Origin: Penicillus capitatus
Lineage: Eukaryota; Plantae; Chlorophyta
NCBI GenBank assembly: GCA_965649825.1
Contig: OZ287697.1
Span: 434,001 to 498,000 of the forward strand
Direction of reading: 5' to 3'
Length of the DNA stretch: 64,000 nt
In this document: positions 11,901 to 23,679 of the stretch, piece by piece
How positions within the stretch are numbered: position 1 is the first letter of the stretch
Layout of the letters: each line of letters opens with the position of its first letter
Program-made: the position numbers and the translations under genes
The notes under the pieces: generated by a model
Told to the model about the DNA's origin: nothing
The model's input: the letters and a program-made list of their open reading frames with translations, nothing else
The model's database searches: none

Positions 11901-12289
11901 GAAGTCTCCCCAGTTCTCTCCCTTCGCCCTGATGATTTTGGCCAGCTTCTCTTCAGCTGACAACGCGGGCTCTGGACAGGCCGCGAACACAGTCTCACGC
12001 ACAACTCGTCAATAGTTGTCCGTCGTCCGCTGTACGTGTCCATCCGGAAAGATCGCACGCACTGTCGCTGGATTGGCGGCATCTCCCGCGAAAGCTGCAT
12101 CAAAACCTGTCGCCGTCGCAAAGTGTGGTTCGACTCCTTGGAGCACTTGGCAAAAGAGTTCGAACGCCGGCGATCGTGGCTCTAGTCGTTGGATCACATA
12201 TCTGACCCTTGGTCGGTAGTCATCTTCGACGAGTGCTGCTGAACCAAGAATCGACGTAAAGACCTCGAGGTCTATCTTTGAGGTTCGCA

Positions 12290-12301
12290 GCTCCGAAACC
12301 A
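12290..12301 (-). promoter_or_regulatory. Primer-binding site TGGTTTCGGAGC (element A)
   Basis: Immediately 3' of the LTR terminal CA; identical to the PBS of element B. Confidence 0.8.
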
Positions 12302-12432
12302 TGTTGATACGCGCAAATATCGAATTGTTAAAACAGACAGACGTTTGTTCTCAAAAGATCTCAACTGTTTGATAACCCCTCTTTTATATTGTCTTTCTGC
12401 ATGACGTTATGATGGCGTCATGCTTCACGTCA
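12302..12432 (-). repeat. Putative 5' LTR of element A (~131 bp, TG...CA, TATAAAAG)
   Basis: Minus strand TGACGTG...CAATATAAAAGAGGGG...TATCAACA directly followed by the PBS. The outer end is inferred from where LINE coding stops, since no second LTR is present. Confidence 0.6.
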
Positions 12433-13124
12433 TGTTGCGACCTTCTTCTTCATTTCCTTCCCCTTCCTGATAGTGACACTGTTGTGCCATTGTCTTGAGG
12501 CTTGCCATTTATAGAACTGCCACGTCTGTTGTTTGAATCGTCGTCGTCCTAATCGAGTTTTGGTAAGTATTGAAATCGTCTCGGCAGAGCCATTTCTGTC
12601 TAATGGTAACTGGGATTTTTGGATGCGCATTAACTCAGCTCTGAGGAAGTCCGTAGACGTAAGGTGAGCAGCTCCAGAAGGGGATCGATTGAAGTCCTCA
12701 GCCGGTGCTGTCGACGAGGCGGCGTGAATCACTAGTGTCCACATGGCGAGATCTGATAGAGGATGTAGATGTGCAAGTTGAGTGACTGCTTCCAGTGAAG
12801 CTGTGGCGAGTACTCCGCTAATTGCGATTCCGGCTTGTCTGGTAATACGGTCCAGCGCTTTTTGGTTAGAGAGAATTATCACACGATGGGCCCATATCGG
12901 ACTTGCGTATAGTATCATTGGTTGGACACATTGAAGAAAGAGTCTCCGAATAATTCCTGGCTGGGCGCCCCAGTGGACACGAGTTAATCTGCGAATTGTG
13001 TTCAATCGTTGAAAGCTCTTGGTGACCCTTTCCTGGATGTGTTGATTGAAATAGAGTTTCGAGTCAAGTAGGACGCTCAACTACTTCACTTTTGGCTGAT
13101 ATGTGATGTTTTCTCCAAGGACAC

Positions 13125-13255
13125 TGTTGGGAACGGGCTACTAATTGATGTGATAGTTGATAACGCGATGAGAAGAACATCTTTGTCTGACCTTTGATTT
13201 GTTGATTTTTGCGTTCCAATGATCTCCCTCTTTCTCGCACTGCGCCCACTTCACA
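13125..13255 (+). repeat. 5' LTR of element B (131 bp)
   Basis: TGTTGGGAAC...ACTTCACA, identical to 17688-17818. Confidence 0.97.
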
Positions 13256-13267
13256 TGGTTTCGGAGC
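13256..13267 (+). promoter_or_regulatory. Primer-binding site TGGTTTCGGAGC (element B)
   Basis: Directly follows the 5' LTR; resembles the plant tRNAiMet PBS TGGTATCAGAGC at 10/12 positions. Confidence 0.85.
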
Positions 13268-16200
13268 GAAACTGGAGGCATTCGCATTCTGGTTACATCC
13301 TCGGAATTGCCTTGTTGATCTCGGGAACGGAATCAAGACTCGCATCGTGATCGACGCCACGACGACGTATGGCGACGTGTTGAATGAAGTCTGTGCCAGA
13401 GACGACGTCCAAAGCAGTGAATACTGCCTCGTAACGGATGAGAATGGCACAGGACTAAGACCGCGGGACGGAGTCAAATGCTACGCACTACGCCGCCTAC
13501 CTTGGGATAAGTGCGGAGGATCCGGGGGAGGTGGAACCATACCGCGCTGGGATCGTGAGACAGCACAGCATGTAATTACACAACTCGAGTCCTGCACAGA
13601 ACCGGGTTACGACCGTCTGAGAATGCTGTGGTCAGTGGTCAATCACGAGTCCGAGCATGGCAAGCTAATTCTCAATGCGGTCCACGTGGTGATGAAGGAA
13701 AGCTTCGACAAGGTCAAGGAGACTTACTACGCAACCATGACCGAGGACTATTTCAAAAAGAGAAGTGAAGCTTACCTGCGGTGGAAGGCAATCAAGAACA
13801 ATTTAGAAAAACTCCTACCGGAACAAAGTGCGCTGGCTCCAGTTGATTCGTTGCGACGGATGAGGAAGGATCAACGGGAATCTCTCTTGGACTTTGTACG
13901 ACGATTCAGAGCGACGGCACAAGTTTACCATAGTGAAGGGAAGATTACCGAGCGGGAAGCAACGCACTTGTTAGTCCAAAACTTCCAACTGATTTCGTAT
14001 ACCACATGTCTGCAACTGATTTCGCCCATATAACAATAGACAATCTGGAAAAGAAGGCGAAGAATATCGTTGACTTCATGCGGCTGCAGGCGACGCAGTG
14101 TAAGCCAGTGGTACCAGTCGGAGAATACATGGACCTCCAGACGGTAGCTCTAATGGCCGGAAACTCCACTGGCGAAATGCCCGATTGCGAAACTGCCTAT
14201 ACAGTGAGGTCAAAGCTGTCAAGAGAGGGCAAGCTTCAGTTCCCTCTCACTGCTGATACACCCAACGTCTTAATGGTGGCATTCAAAGAACTCATCAAAG
14301 GAAACTTACGTTATCTGGACGAGGCCGAGAGGGCCGTGAAGGAAGAACGTGAGAGGCAAACAAAAGGCACACGATCTGCGCTGAATGTGGCTTTCGAAGA
14401 CCTACAACTCGAAGATTCTGAAAGTGCTGGATCGTGTAACCGTATATCTAGCGAGGGTGAATCAGAATTACCTCCGTTGGTGTGCCTACAATCTCAGTCT
14501 AAGCGGAAATCTTCAATGCATGTCAAGACGACCATAAAAGGGACTAAGATTTCAGCGTTAGTCGATACCGGTGCCACCGACAGTTTCATCCAACAGGTCA
14601 CCCTGACGAAGCTCGGACTATCCGACCTGCTCCAACCCTCCACTCGACAAGTCGTTTTCGGTAATGGCCAGACCGAAACGGTTCGTGGAAGGATACAAAT
14701 ACCTCTGCAAGTTGATGGGAAAGAAACGCTGATGGACGCGTATAGCATCGAAGGGAAAGGACCCTCTTTGATCATAGGCTTCAAGTATCTCAAGCAACAC
14801 GGATTCAAGATCGACTGCAAGACCAAGCGCCTGATAGCGGACAATGATGAGCCCATACAATGTTATAGAGCTGTGGCAACAGACACATCAAGGCAGCAAA
14901 AAAACTGTTGATGCTCGATTCCATTCCCAGCGGGGAATCGGGCCATCTTGTTTTGCTGGAGGAGCTACATCATCTACCATTTGCTCGATGCGGGAAAGTG
15001 ATTATACCTCTAAACAGAAGCCTAGTGATGGGACCAGGAGAAGTGAAATCGTTGCAGCTTCAAGTGATGAGCTCGGAAGGGCGGATACGTGGTGTCACGG
15101 ATCTAACTCGCCAAGCAATGGTAAGATTCTCCGGGAAGACCGACGGTTATAGAGTGTGGGGAATTCTGGAAAATTGTTCGGAGAAATCCGTCCTTATGAC
15201 TCCCAAGTCGGAGCGGTGTGCAATAGAGGTGACGGTATCTAAGCTGAAAGCACCAGATGGAAGCGTCATGGACCTAGAACGCAAATCCAAGACTATTCCA
15301 TTGCGGGCAATCTCAAGCGAGGTGAAGGCCGAACTCGTGCAGGAATTTACAACTCTTTTCTCGGATACGCTGGGTCGTTGCACGACGCACAGGATCAACG
15401 ACCTACCCTTCCGGCATGCGATAAACGTCAAGAGAGAAAGCAAACCTAGGCTCATGGGTCCCGCTGAAGAGGCAGAGCTCCTTCCCCACGTGAAAGAGAT
15501 GTTGGACGAAGGCGTCATATCAGAAGCAACAGAGGAACCGCTAATGATGCCGTTATTTCCGGTGGAAAAGAAGGATGGTTCACTTCGACCAGTATTGGAC
15601 GTACGTCGACTGAATTCATACGTGCATCCAGAACCGTTCGCGGGCATCAACAAAGAGCACGCAGTGGCGTCTGTGAGGCCCTTCGCAATCGGGAGTAGTC
15701 TCGACCTAAAGAGAGCATACAACCAGATAGAGATCGACGCGAGCATCCGCAAGTACTTTGGTTTTATGGTAGGCGGCCAGGCATACGTCTACAACCGTCT
15801 GCCGTTTGGCTACGTGAACTCCCCGCATGAGTTTCTGAGGGCTATTCATAAGAGCATTACGAAGATCAGGAAAAAGACAACGTCGCAGATTATCATTTAC
15901 GCTGATGATCTCATCGTGCTCAGTGATACAGAAAAACAACACGAAGACGATCTGAGGACCGTGCTCCAAATTCTGGAAACTGATGGCTGGAGGCTCAATC
16001 CGACCAAAACGTCCTTCTTTCAGACAGACTTCATATATTTGGGAATGAGACTGCGAACCGACACATGGGAACCACTAGACGAGCCCGTGAGGCAACTGAA
16101 AGACATATCACTGCTCAAAGACAGGGCAGAGTGGAGACGCGTGAGGGGTTGGCTGAACCAACTTAACAGGTTCATCCACGACGGAGTGAAAGTAATCGCA

Positions 16201-17687
16201 GCACTGAAGAAGAGTGAAGAAAGCAAAAAGGAAGACGACTGGAGGAAGTTCATTTCCCTCTTGGAAGATCATACGGTCAGATGCATACATCCGAAGCATT
16301 CAGGAGCGTTCGCAATGGGAATCGACGCGTCAAAGCAGGGATGGGGAGCTTGCCTGATCCAATCGCAGTCGGTGGTCTGCTGTGCATCAGGAACGTTCGA
16401 GTCGTCAATGCAGCACCACACATCCAACGAGCTCGAAGCAGAAGGATTGCTCCGCGCCTTGGAGAAGTTCAAGCCTTACATCTATGGAAAAAACGTCACG
16501 ATCTTCACAGACAACGCTTCTACTTGGAGCCTTGGAAACAGCGACAACTGCAGCGCATTTGTCAAGAGAAGGTTGGCCAAGGTTCAAGAGTACAGTGGAC
16601 AGATGCGATATTCGACGGCCCCTCGAACGTCCTACCAGACTTCCATCCAGGATGCCGCAGTTGATGGTACACCAGAGTTCACTCATCGAACTTTTACGAA
16701 AGGCACACGAAGGACATTATTGTGCACGTAAAACAATGGACAGGCTGCGACGCCTTGGAGGAAAGGCGCAGTGGAAGACAGTGAAGCTATGGGTAGATCA
16801 CTGCCCATCATGCCAACGTTTCAAGATACCGAAACGCAGAATTCCGTGTACCTCTCAGCCCGTTAAAGATGTGCAAGATATGTGGTCAGTCGACTTCGTT
16901 GGCCCACTAGACCCAGCGGAAGGAAATACGAGGTTTCTTTTTCACGGTAGTAGACTGTCTTTCCAGGCACTTGTGGACGGCAGCGTCTCGGAAAGCGGAC
17001 ACCAGAACTGCGCAGCGCTTGCTGGAGAAATGCTTTGCTGCCCAGGGGAAACCAAAGGTCATTCTGACAGATGCAGCATCATACTTCACCACCACCCGAT
17101 TTGGGACATGGCTAAAAGAGGAGGGGGTAGGGCACAGAACGACGGCACCACATGCCCATCATTCGAACGGAATCAACGAACGAATGAACCAAACTCTAAT
17201 CGGAAGAATAAGGCGCATGATGCATGGGGGAGAGAAAAGGCCGACGTGGCGACATGTACTAAGCGATGCCACGAGAATAATCAATGAAACAAGAAACGAT
17301 ACGTTGAAGCATGCACCGGACGATCTTTGGATGGACGGGAAAACGAATGCCGAGGGCCCCGCAGATGTGATCAGAAAAGGAGAACAAGCTAAAGATGCGA
17401 TAGAAGAAGCAACAGATCGGGACAGCGCCAGAGCTGAAGACTGGTTTCAACTCGGAGAGACCGTGTGGTTGTACGATCACGTCAACCTTACTGGAGTGGC
17501 CCGTATATAGTCGTGGACGTGCCATCGAGGCATTTGCGCTTACTGAAGAACGAAAGCGGAAGGGAGCAGCTAGCACATGTCGACTCTTTGCAAACATATA
17601 GAAACTTGAACGAGAAAGAACTCGTGGAACAAGAGAATAATAGAGCTATGTCAAAGAAGAAGATAGAGCTGACAGCACAGGGAAGCG

Positions 17688-17818
17688 TGTTGGGAACGGG
17701 CTACTAATTGATGTGATAGTTGATAACGCGATGAGAAGAACATCTTTGTCTGACCTTTGATTTGTTGATTTTTGCGTTCCAATGATCTCCCTCTTTCTCG
17801 CACTGCGCCCACTTCACA
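17688..17818 (+). repeat. 3' LTR of element B (131 bp)
   Basis: Identical to the 5' LTR; preceded by a purine-rich stretch (cagggaagcg). Confidence 0.97.
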
Positions 17819-20066
17819 ACACTTAAGGGAGGAGTAGAAGAGTCAGAGTTGCGTCGGAAGACTATGGCCTGAGTCTTCGAAACGTTCAGTTGCATTCCGT
17901 GCTTGGAGCACCATGCTTCAATAGTGCCGATGGCTTGCTGCAGTCGTCTACGATTGTGTCGGTGTCCAGGGTGTAGATCAACAAATCGTCTGCATACAAG
18001 AGCGGGTGCACCTCTGGGGGGATTTCCTCTGTAATGTCTTTTGAGTAGATGGCATATAGGATATGGCTGAGGAGGAGGCTTCCCTGGACCAGTCCTCGTT
18101 CCGGTTTAAACTGATGTTATTCTCTTTACGAGCTTATCAGCGCCGATCGCTTGTGTGTGATGTTCCAGAGAATGTGGAGCAAATAAGCCGGAAATTGTGC
18201 ATCATGTAGCTTCTTCCAAGGGATGGTTGGACAGACTCGATCGTATGCCCCTTCCAAATCGAAACTGATCGCCAGCATTCTTTGTTTTCGATTTATGGCA
18301 TCCATCGCATCGGTTGTGAGTCTCCATAGAGGTTGCAGGGTCGATCTGTGTTTTCGAAATCCGAACTGCGCTTCGGGTAGTATCTTCAATTTTCCGGCTA
18401 AGAGTTCTTCTGGCCAGAATGCTTTCAAGGATCTTTGTTTTACATGGTATGAGACCAATGGGTCTGTAGTCTTCTTTCTTCGATCCATGTCTTCGCGGCT
18501 TGCAGATATTCAGATGTCGGGTGGTTTTCCATTGTTCTGGGAAATGGCCGCTAAGGAGTATTCCTGTAAAGAGGGACTGGAAATACGGTGTTATTGTTTG
18601 TCTGCATTTGTGGAATACGAGGAAGGGAAGGCCGTCAATTCCAGGTGCTGAGAGTTTCCTGGGATGTCCAATTTCGTCCCATTTCTCCTGGTGTGCTACA
18701 TATCCTTCTTCCAACAGAGGAGGTTGATTTTGTCTCCGTGCATTCCAAAGTCTCTGTGCTCTGTCTTTTTCGGGTAACGGCGAAGGCGGATAGGGAGGAA
18801 GATAGCGGGCCGCCAGTTCTTTTGTGATTTCAGCTGGATCCGTTATTGTTCCTTGGGAAGTTTCTAGGTGCGACACTTCAGAAATGCTTTGTCTTCCTTG
18901 AAGGTGTTTCAATGCCTTCCAACAGGTGGAGTGATCCAGTCCTTCGGCAAACACTCGGAACTGGCGTGTCTTTTTCGAGTGTACCAACGTCTTCCATTGT
19001 TGTCTGATCGTGGCATGTTCCGGCGACGCTTTTGAGGTCTGCTTCATTTGTTGGTACAGATCTCGGGCTTCTTCATCAAACCAAGCTTTAGCATAGTTGC
19101 TAAGACGGACCTGAGTTGTTGTGAGGCGGATGCTTGCTTGGAATGCTGTTGTGATCCGTTCTACAGCGTCTTCTATCTGTTCCGATGTGGTGGGGGATGG
19201 AATTCTTCTATTGGCGGGAGGAACTGATGAAGCAGTTGTTCGCGTTTTTTCCAGTCGGTTGTCGACCAATTCCAATGAGATAAACGGATTTGAGTCTGAG
19301 TCTTGGTGTGTAAAGCGAAGCTCCAGCTTATTACTTCGTGGTCCGAGTGCAGAATCAAGCCTGGCATCGCCTCCCAGGTATTCTGGACGTGCAGTAATTG
19401 AGAGTTGATTGCCGAGATGTCTAACCACTGAGGGTCTGAGTTTTCTCAAATGAAGGTCGGCGGGCTTTTCGGATCGTTTAGAGTCGTGAGGTCGAAGTCC
19501 AGGAGTAGTTCTTCGACCGAGTCTCTGGCTGCATTATTCGGTCTGTTACTCCATATGCTACTGTGTGCGTTGACGTCTCCTCCAATAAACACCGGTCGGT
19601 TAAGCTCCCGAGTACGCATTAAGATGCTCTTAAGATCGTCTCTTCCGGCGAGTGTCTGCGGTTGTAGGTAGGTTGAAACAAACACGATTGGGCCCCGTAA
19701 TGACATGATGCTCACCGCCGTATTCCGTCTAAACATCTGACCGACTTAATTCTCGCTAACTGCCATCGATGGGACTTTTGTTCTTAGCGAAATTCAATGG
19801 AAACAACGTCAGCTTCAGAAAAGTGCGCTACACGTTCGTTCATTAACCACACAAGATGACCCCTATCATGAGTTAAGTGGGAAGAAGATACGTATCTCCT
19901 TCTAGATCCAAGAAACTCCTGGTTGACCTTTTCCAGTGCTGCGAAAAAGTACCGTCACCACAGAGTCATCGGCGCTATTACTAGAATTCGAAGCGTATTA
20001 AAAGGTCTCTCCACAGGTCTTTCTGCTAACAAACATCCGCTTTTTCGCACAGGCGATTTTTTGACA

Positions 20067-21328
20067 ATGTTCTCTTTTGGCGTCTTCTTGAGACTTTGTT
20101 GTCTCTTTGCAACCCTTGCCGTCGTCGAGGCTCACAAAAAATGTACACCGCATCCCGTTCTTTTTTTCGAGCGATTTATACCGTTTGTTGTAGACGGCAA
20201 CGTCAAAGTTCCAGTGATCGAGCCATGCGCGCTAAAGATAGAGGAAAGAACGACGGAGACCGAGCTTCGCGCCTCGCTTCTCATGGGAGACAGCCACACG
20301 GCTGCGAAAATTCTCTCAGAGTCGAACGAAACTTTCAAACTCGCAGCAGGCTTGACGTATACGCCCGAACAAGAGTGTTTCATCCAGCGGTCTCAAAATC
20401 CTACGCGAGATCCCGACGTCGCCGCCATACAGGTAACGCATCCGACATCCCTCTCATCATCAACATCTACCCTAACCATGTTTAGGCGATCGCGTTGAGT
20501 GCTGAATGGACTGGAGACACAGAAAAGCTCTCAACGGTCATTGCGAGTTCATTTCAACGACCTTGCGAATGCCCCCGTAAAACCTCATCATGATAATGTC
20601 CTTCCATGAGATAGATGTTTGCGCAGTGTTCACACCTTGTGAGCTTGATGAAATGAGATCAGCAATTAAAGCACTCCTTGACGATCCCTTTGAACGTAAA
20701 CTCATTCTTGAGTTCAATGGGACCGAAGAGGTGAGTTAGCATGCAGATTGGTCGATGACTAAACATGAGGTATTTTTAGGAGCTGGACGTCGTTCCAGAA
20801 CAAGTGCCGGTGCCCGAAAAATCGAGACCATTCGCGTCTTCCAGAGTTCGAATTACGGCACAGCCAATTAGTTTTCCAGATATCTCGGAGGAGCCCAAGC
20901 CGGATATCTCTCCGGAAACTCCTGTCAATTCACGCCCAATTGTGTCTCCAGTAATCCCAGAAGAACCTGAACCTACAGAATCTCCTATAATTTCTGCCAG
21001 TCCGAGACCGATCGTGTCTCCCGTGATCCCAGAGGAACCCGAACCTCTCGATTCTCCAACGACTCCTGTCAACCCTCAAGTGTCACCAGATGTTCTTGTC
21101 ATCGCTGATGACGAAGATGACAGCGAGAGGGACGACAGTGACAGTGAGGACGAGGATGAGGAGGAAGACGAGGAGGATGAGGATGAGGATGATGATGAAG
21201 ACGACAGGGACGATGAGGTGGAACGTCCTGGTCGTCGTTTGTTGGTCACAGATTCTTCTCCGACGGACAGCCTCTTTTGTGCATACTGTCGTCCAGAAAG
21301 AGCTTGTAGTACTGTGTTTTGGTGCTGA
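20067..21328 (+). CDS. Secreted GRRLL/4-Cys-tail protein, copy 2
   Basis: Same exon structure as 2196-3484 with several amino-acid substitutions; tail CAYCRPERACSTVFWC. Confidence 0.8.
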
Positions 21329-23679
21329 GATCGAGTCTCTTAGGACATGCTGCCATCGAATGTTTAACACATTGGGTAATTCTCTGATTGGATAACATGC
21401 TCCTATCTATGCACCCCTTTGGTCGACTTGATCGTATTTTGCTTGTTCTATCTTTACAATAACAGGGGAATCTTGTACATTAAAACCACGGAAATGGCGG
21501 AGCTTGTCCTTCACTATAAATGAACTTAATGGTGGGACCGATTGGTCAGTCAACTATTGCACACCGTCAGTTCTGTTGCCAAACATCAAACAACCGCCCT
21601 CTGAGGACTCCCTGTTTGGGTTCTTCTAATTTCTCTGGCAGCTTGTCTAGTGCATTTTATGAAAGTGTCCATTTAACCTTGTGACGTGAGTTCGAAGAAG
21701 TGAGAGTTAGATCTCGCTCAATCTGCGCAACACAATGTTCTTCGTCATCTCTGGATGATTAAGAAACTGTGGATAGAAATTGCCTATGGGGCTTCTTTAA
21801 GCGTAGGAATGACCAACCGTTCGTTAGGCATGCAGCCTAGATTGCTCGATGCGTGACCATAACACATGATTGTCTGGCGAGATTGCAGAGTGCGTCAACT
21901 CGATCGCACATACAAACGCCAATAGATACTACGGCAACCACGAACAAGATGCGAACATAAACATCCATCCCATCAGATGAACATCCTTTAAGATATGCTC
22001 CCGAAAGCCAATACGTGCAAGATGAGCGGCTCTTACCAAGCAGAGTCACTTGAGAAACTCGAAATAACTCTCCAAATCCATGTAATACATCACACCGGTT
22101 TCGACGTTGATGAGGACAACCTTGAAACTGCCAAAAAGGAACAGGAAATGATCGACCCCGTAGTATTCGGCAAAATCGACAGCGCCGGACGATGGTTTCA
22201 AGACTGTGCGTGGCCAATGCATTCAGCAGTTTTTTTGGCATGCGTTTTTGTTAACCCAAAAAAGCGCTAGCATTCGATTCATGTCAGAAAGAGAGTTTTC
22301 TTGCTCGATTGCCGATTTGTGAAATGCAATTGTACGATTGTAGAGTCTCTCGGTTTCAACTCCAGAATTCAATGAAGTCGAATGAAAGAGTCTTTGTGTC
22401 GAGGGACAGCCGTTGACTTCCACTGTGACGTCAGTCGGACAGCTGTCCTTTTCCGGATCACATCAACACCGAGATACTTAAATATTCTGTTGTGTCAAAC
22501 CTCGTCCGCTGTAACTCTTCTTTTAATCACTGCTTTTTGTGTCGTCCGGCTCGGCTTCGTTCTCGGTTATAGATTCCGAGTGCGACTCTTGCTCAACCAC
22601 CGAGAGATACGGTGGGCTTGAGTCAACTTCGTCACCGGGTGCGCATGCCGGAACTTCAGAGACACTCAGTGGTATCTAAACGTTGATAGTCTTTGCGATT
22701 GATCTGGAATGCAACCGGAAGACTCCGCGACACAAAGAGTCAGACTACATGGTGAACTTTTTTGCCGTAAGCCGCTCAAAAACTGAATAACATCCTAGCA
22801 TCCTCACTGGGAGAACGAGGCATTGAGGATTTTTAGGAAGCTGTGTGCATGCAGCAGATCTACAATTATGAGCAAAACTGGAAATCACAAAAACGTGGGA
22901 ATTTCTCAACCTGTCTTGTGTTATTTTGCCTATTGATGTGACTGCGCTGTATTAAAACGTCTGGTCGGATCAATCTCTTGTTTTTAGAATTGTTTCTCGT
23001 GTCTGCCCTTGAGCCCTGGGGCCGTATCGATAGCAAAGACGACTCGTGTGACACCGTCGCCCAGTAAGGCTTCGTTTCTTTAAAACAAGACTCGCGCACG
23101 GATTCGTTTCGGCTCGAATTCGATGGTTCGATGATTGTTGCCATTGTAAGCTTCTTTCCTCTTACGCCATTCGTGTCTTTGAAACCTTTGCTCGGTAGGC
23201 GTGTAGTTATACCGCCTTTATGTTCTGTGAATGGAATCTTTCCTTTCAAGATTCTCAGGTCAACACTATGTGGGCTATTTGACATTCTGAAAATGGCCTA
23301 AGTGTTTTGCAAGTTCTCTTACTGCATAAAAAGTAGGACAGTATAGTTTCAAGTTTACAACATCTCGAAGATTGCAGGAACGTTAGCTTCTAGCTCTTAT
23401 GTTTTGAGAGTTAAGTCATAACGCATGTTTCGTGATCGGATGTTTGAATGGAAAGAAAAAAAAATCATTAAAAAGGGCAAGCTTTATCTTTTGTCGAGAA
23501 CTGCGGAGTTCTGTCGGTGAAGGACTTGTATCGGGAGAAAAGTTATCCAGTTGTTTTTCCCGAGGATGTCATATTTTGGCCGAGTGGAGGTGTGAGTTTA
23601 GCGCGAAGGGAGATGTTTAAGGATCGATGGGACATGCACACAATATCGAGAAGTTGATATCGAACAAGAGTCTTATCAT

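Larger units (their letters stand above)
8960..12432 (-). mobile_element. Ty3/gypsy LTR retrotransposon A, 3'-truncated (5' LTR-PBS-gag-PR-RT-RNaseH; integrase and 3' LTR missing)
   Basis: ALVDTGA protease; RT with RVVLDFRGLN, FAKFDFRHGFYQI, RLPMGWVNS, YADD; RNase H LYVDASRDGFG..AELLG..VFTD..ANVIADLLSR. It ends abruptly at the inverted block at 8959/8960. Confidence 0.92.
13125..17818 (+). mobile_element. Full-length Ty3/gypsy LTR retrotransposon B (gag-PR-RT-RH-IN), 4-bp TSD ACAC
   Basis: Identical 131-bp LTRs; ALVDTGAT; RT with LDVRRLN, LDLKRAYNQ, YADD; RH GIDASKQG; integrase HH-CC (HEGH..CPSC), WSVDFVG, ILTD, NGINER, GPY. ACAC at 13121-13124 and 17819-17822. Confidence 0.97.
12433..19727 (-). 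mobile_element. Decayed non-LTR retrotransposon (LINE, APE endonuclease + RT), split by element B and truncated at both ends
   Basis: APE motifs STYLQP and IGGDVNAHS..W; RT motifs SAPGIDGL, YRPIGL, QFGFRK, FDLEGAYDRV, LLYADD, LNVSKT. Removing element B and one ACAC rejoins PPLSV|LGENITYQPKVK*LSVLLDSKL in frame. Confidence 0.92.

Noticed and set aside
6040-12010. Alternative genetic code (TAA/TAG = Gln, as in some ulvophytes) suggested by in-frame TAG/TAA in retroelement ORFs
   Set aside because: Host genes have no in-frame TAR and end at TAA/TAG where expected (lumazine synthase TAA, RsmD-like TAG, eIF3d TAA). The elements also contain TGA stops, so decay explains them.
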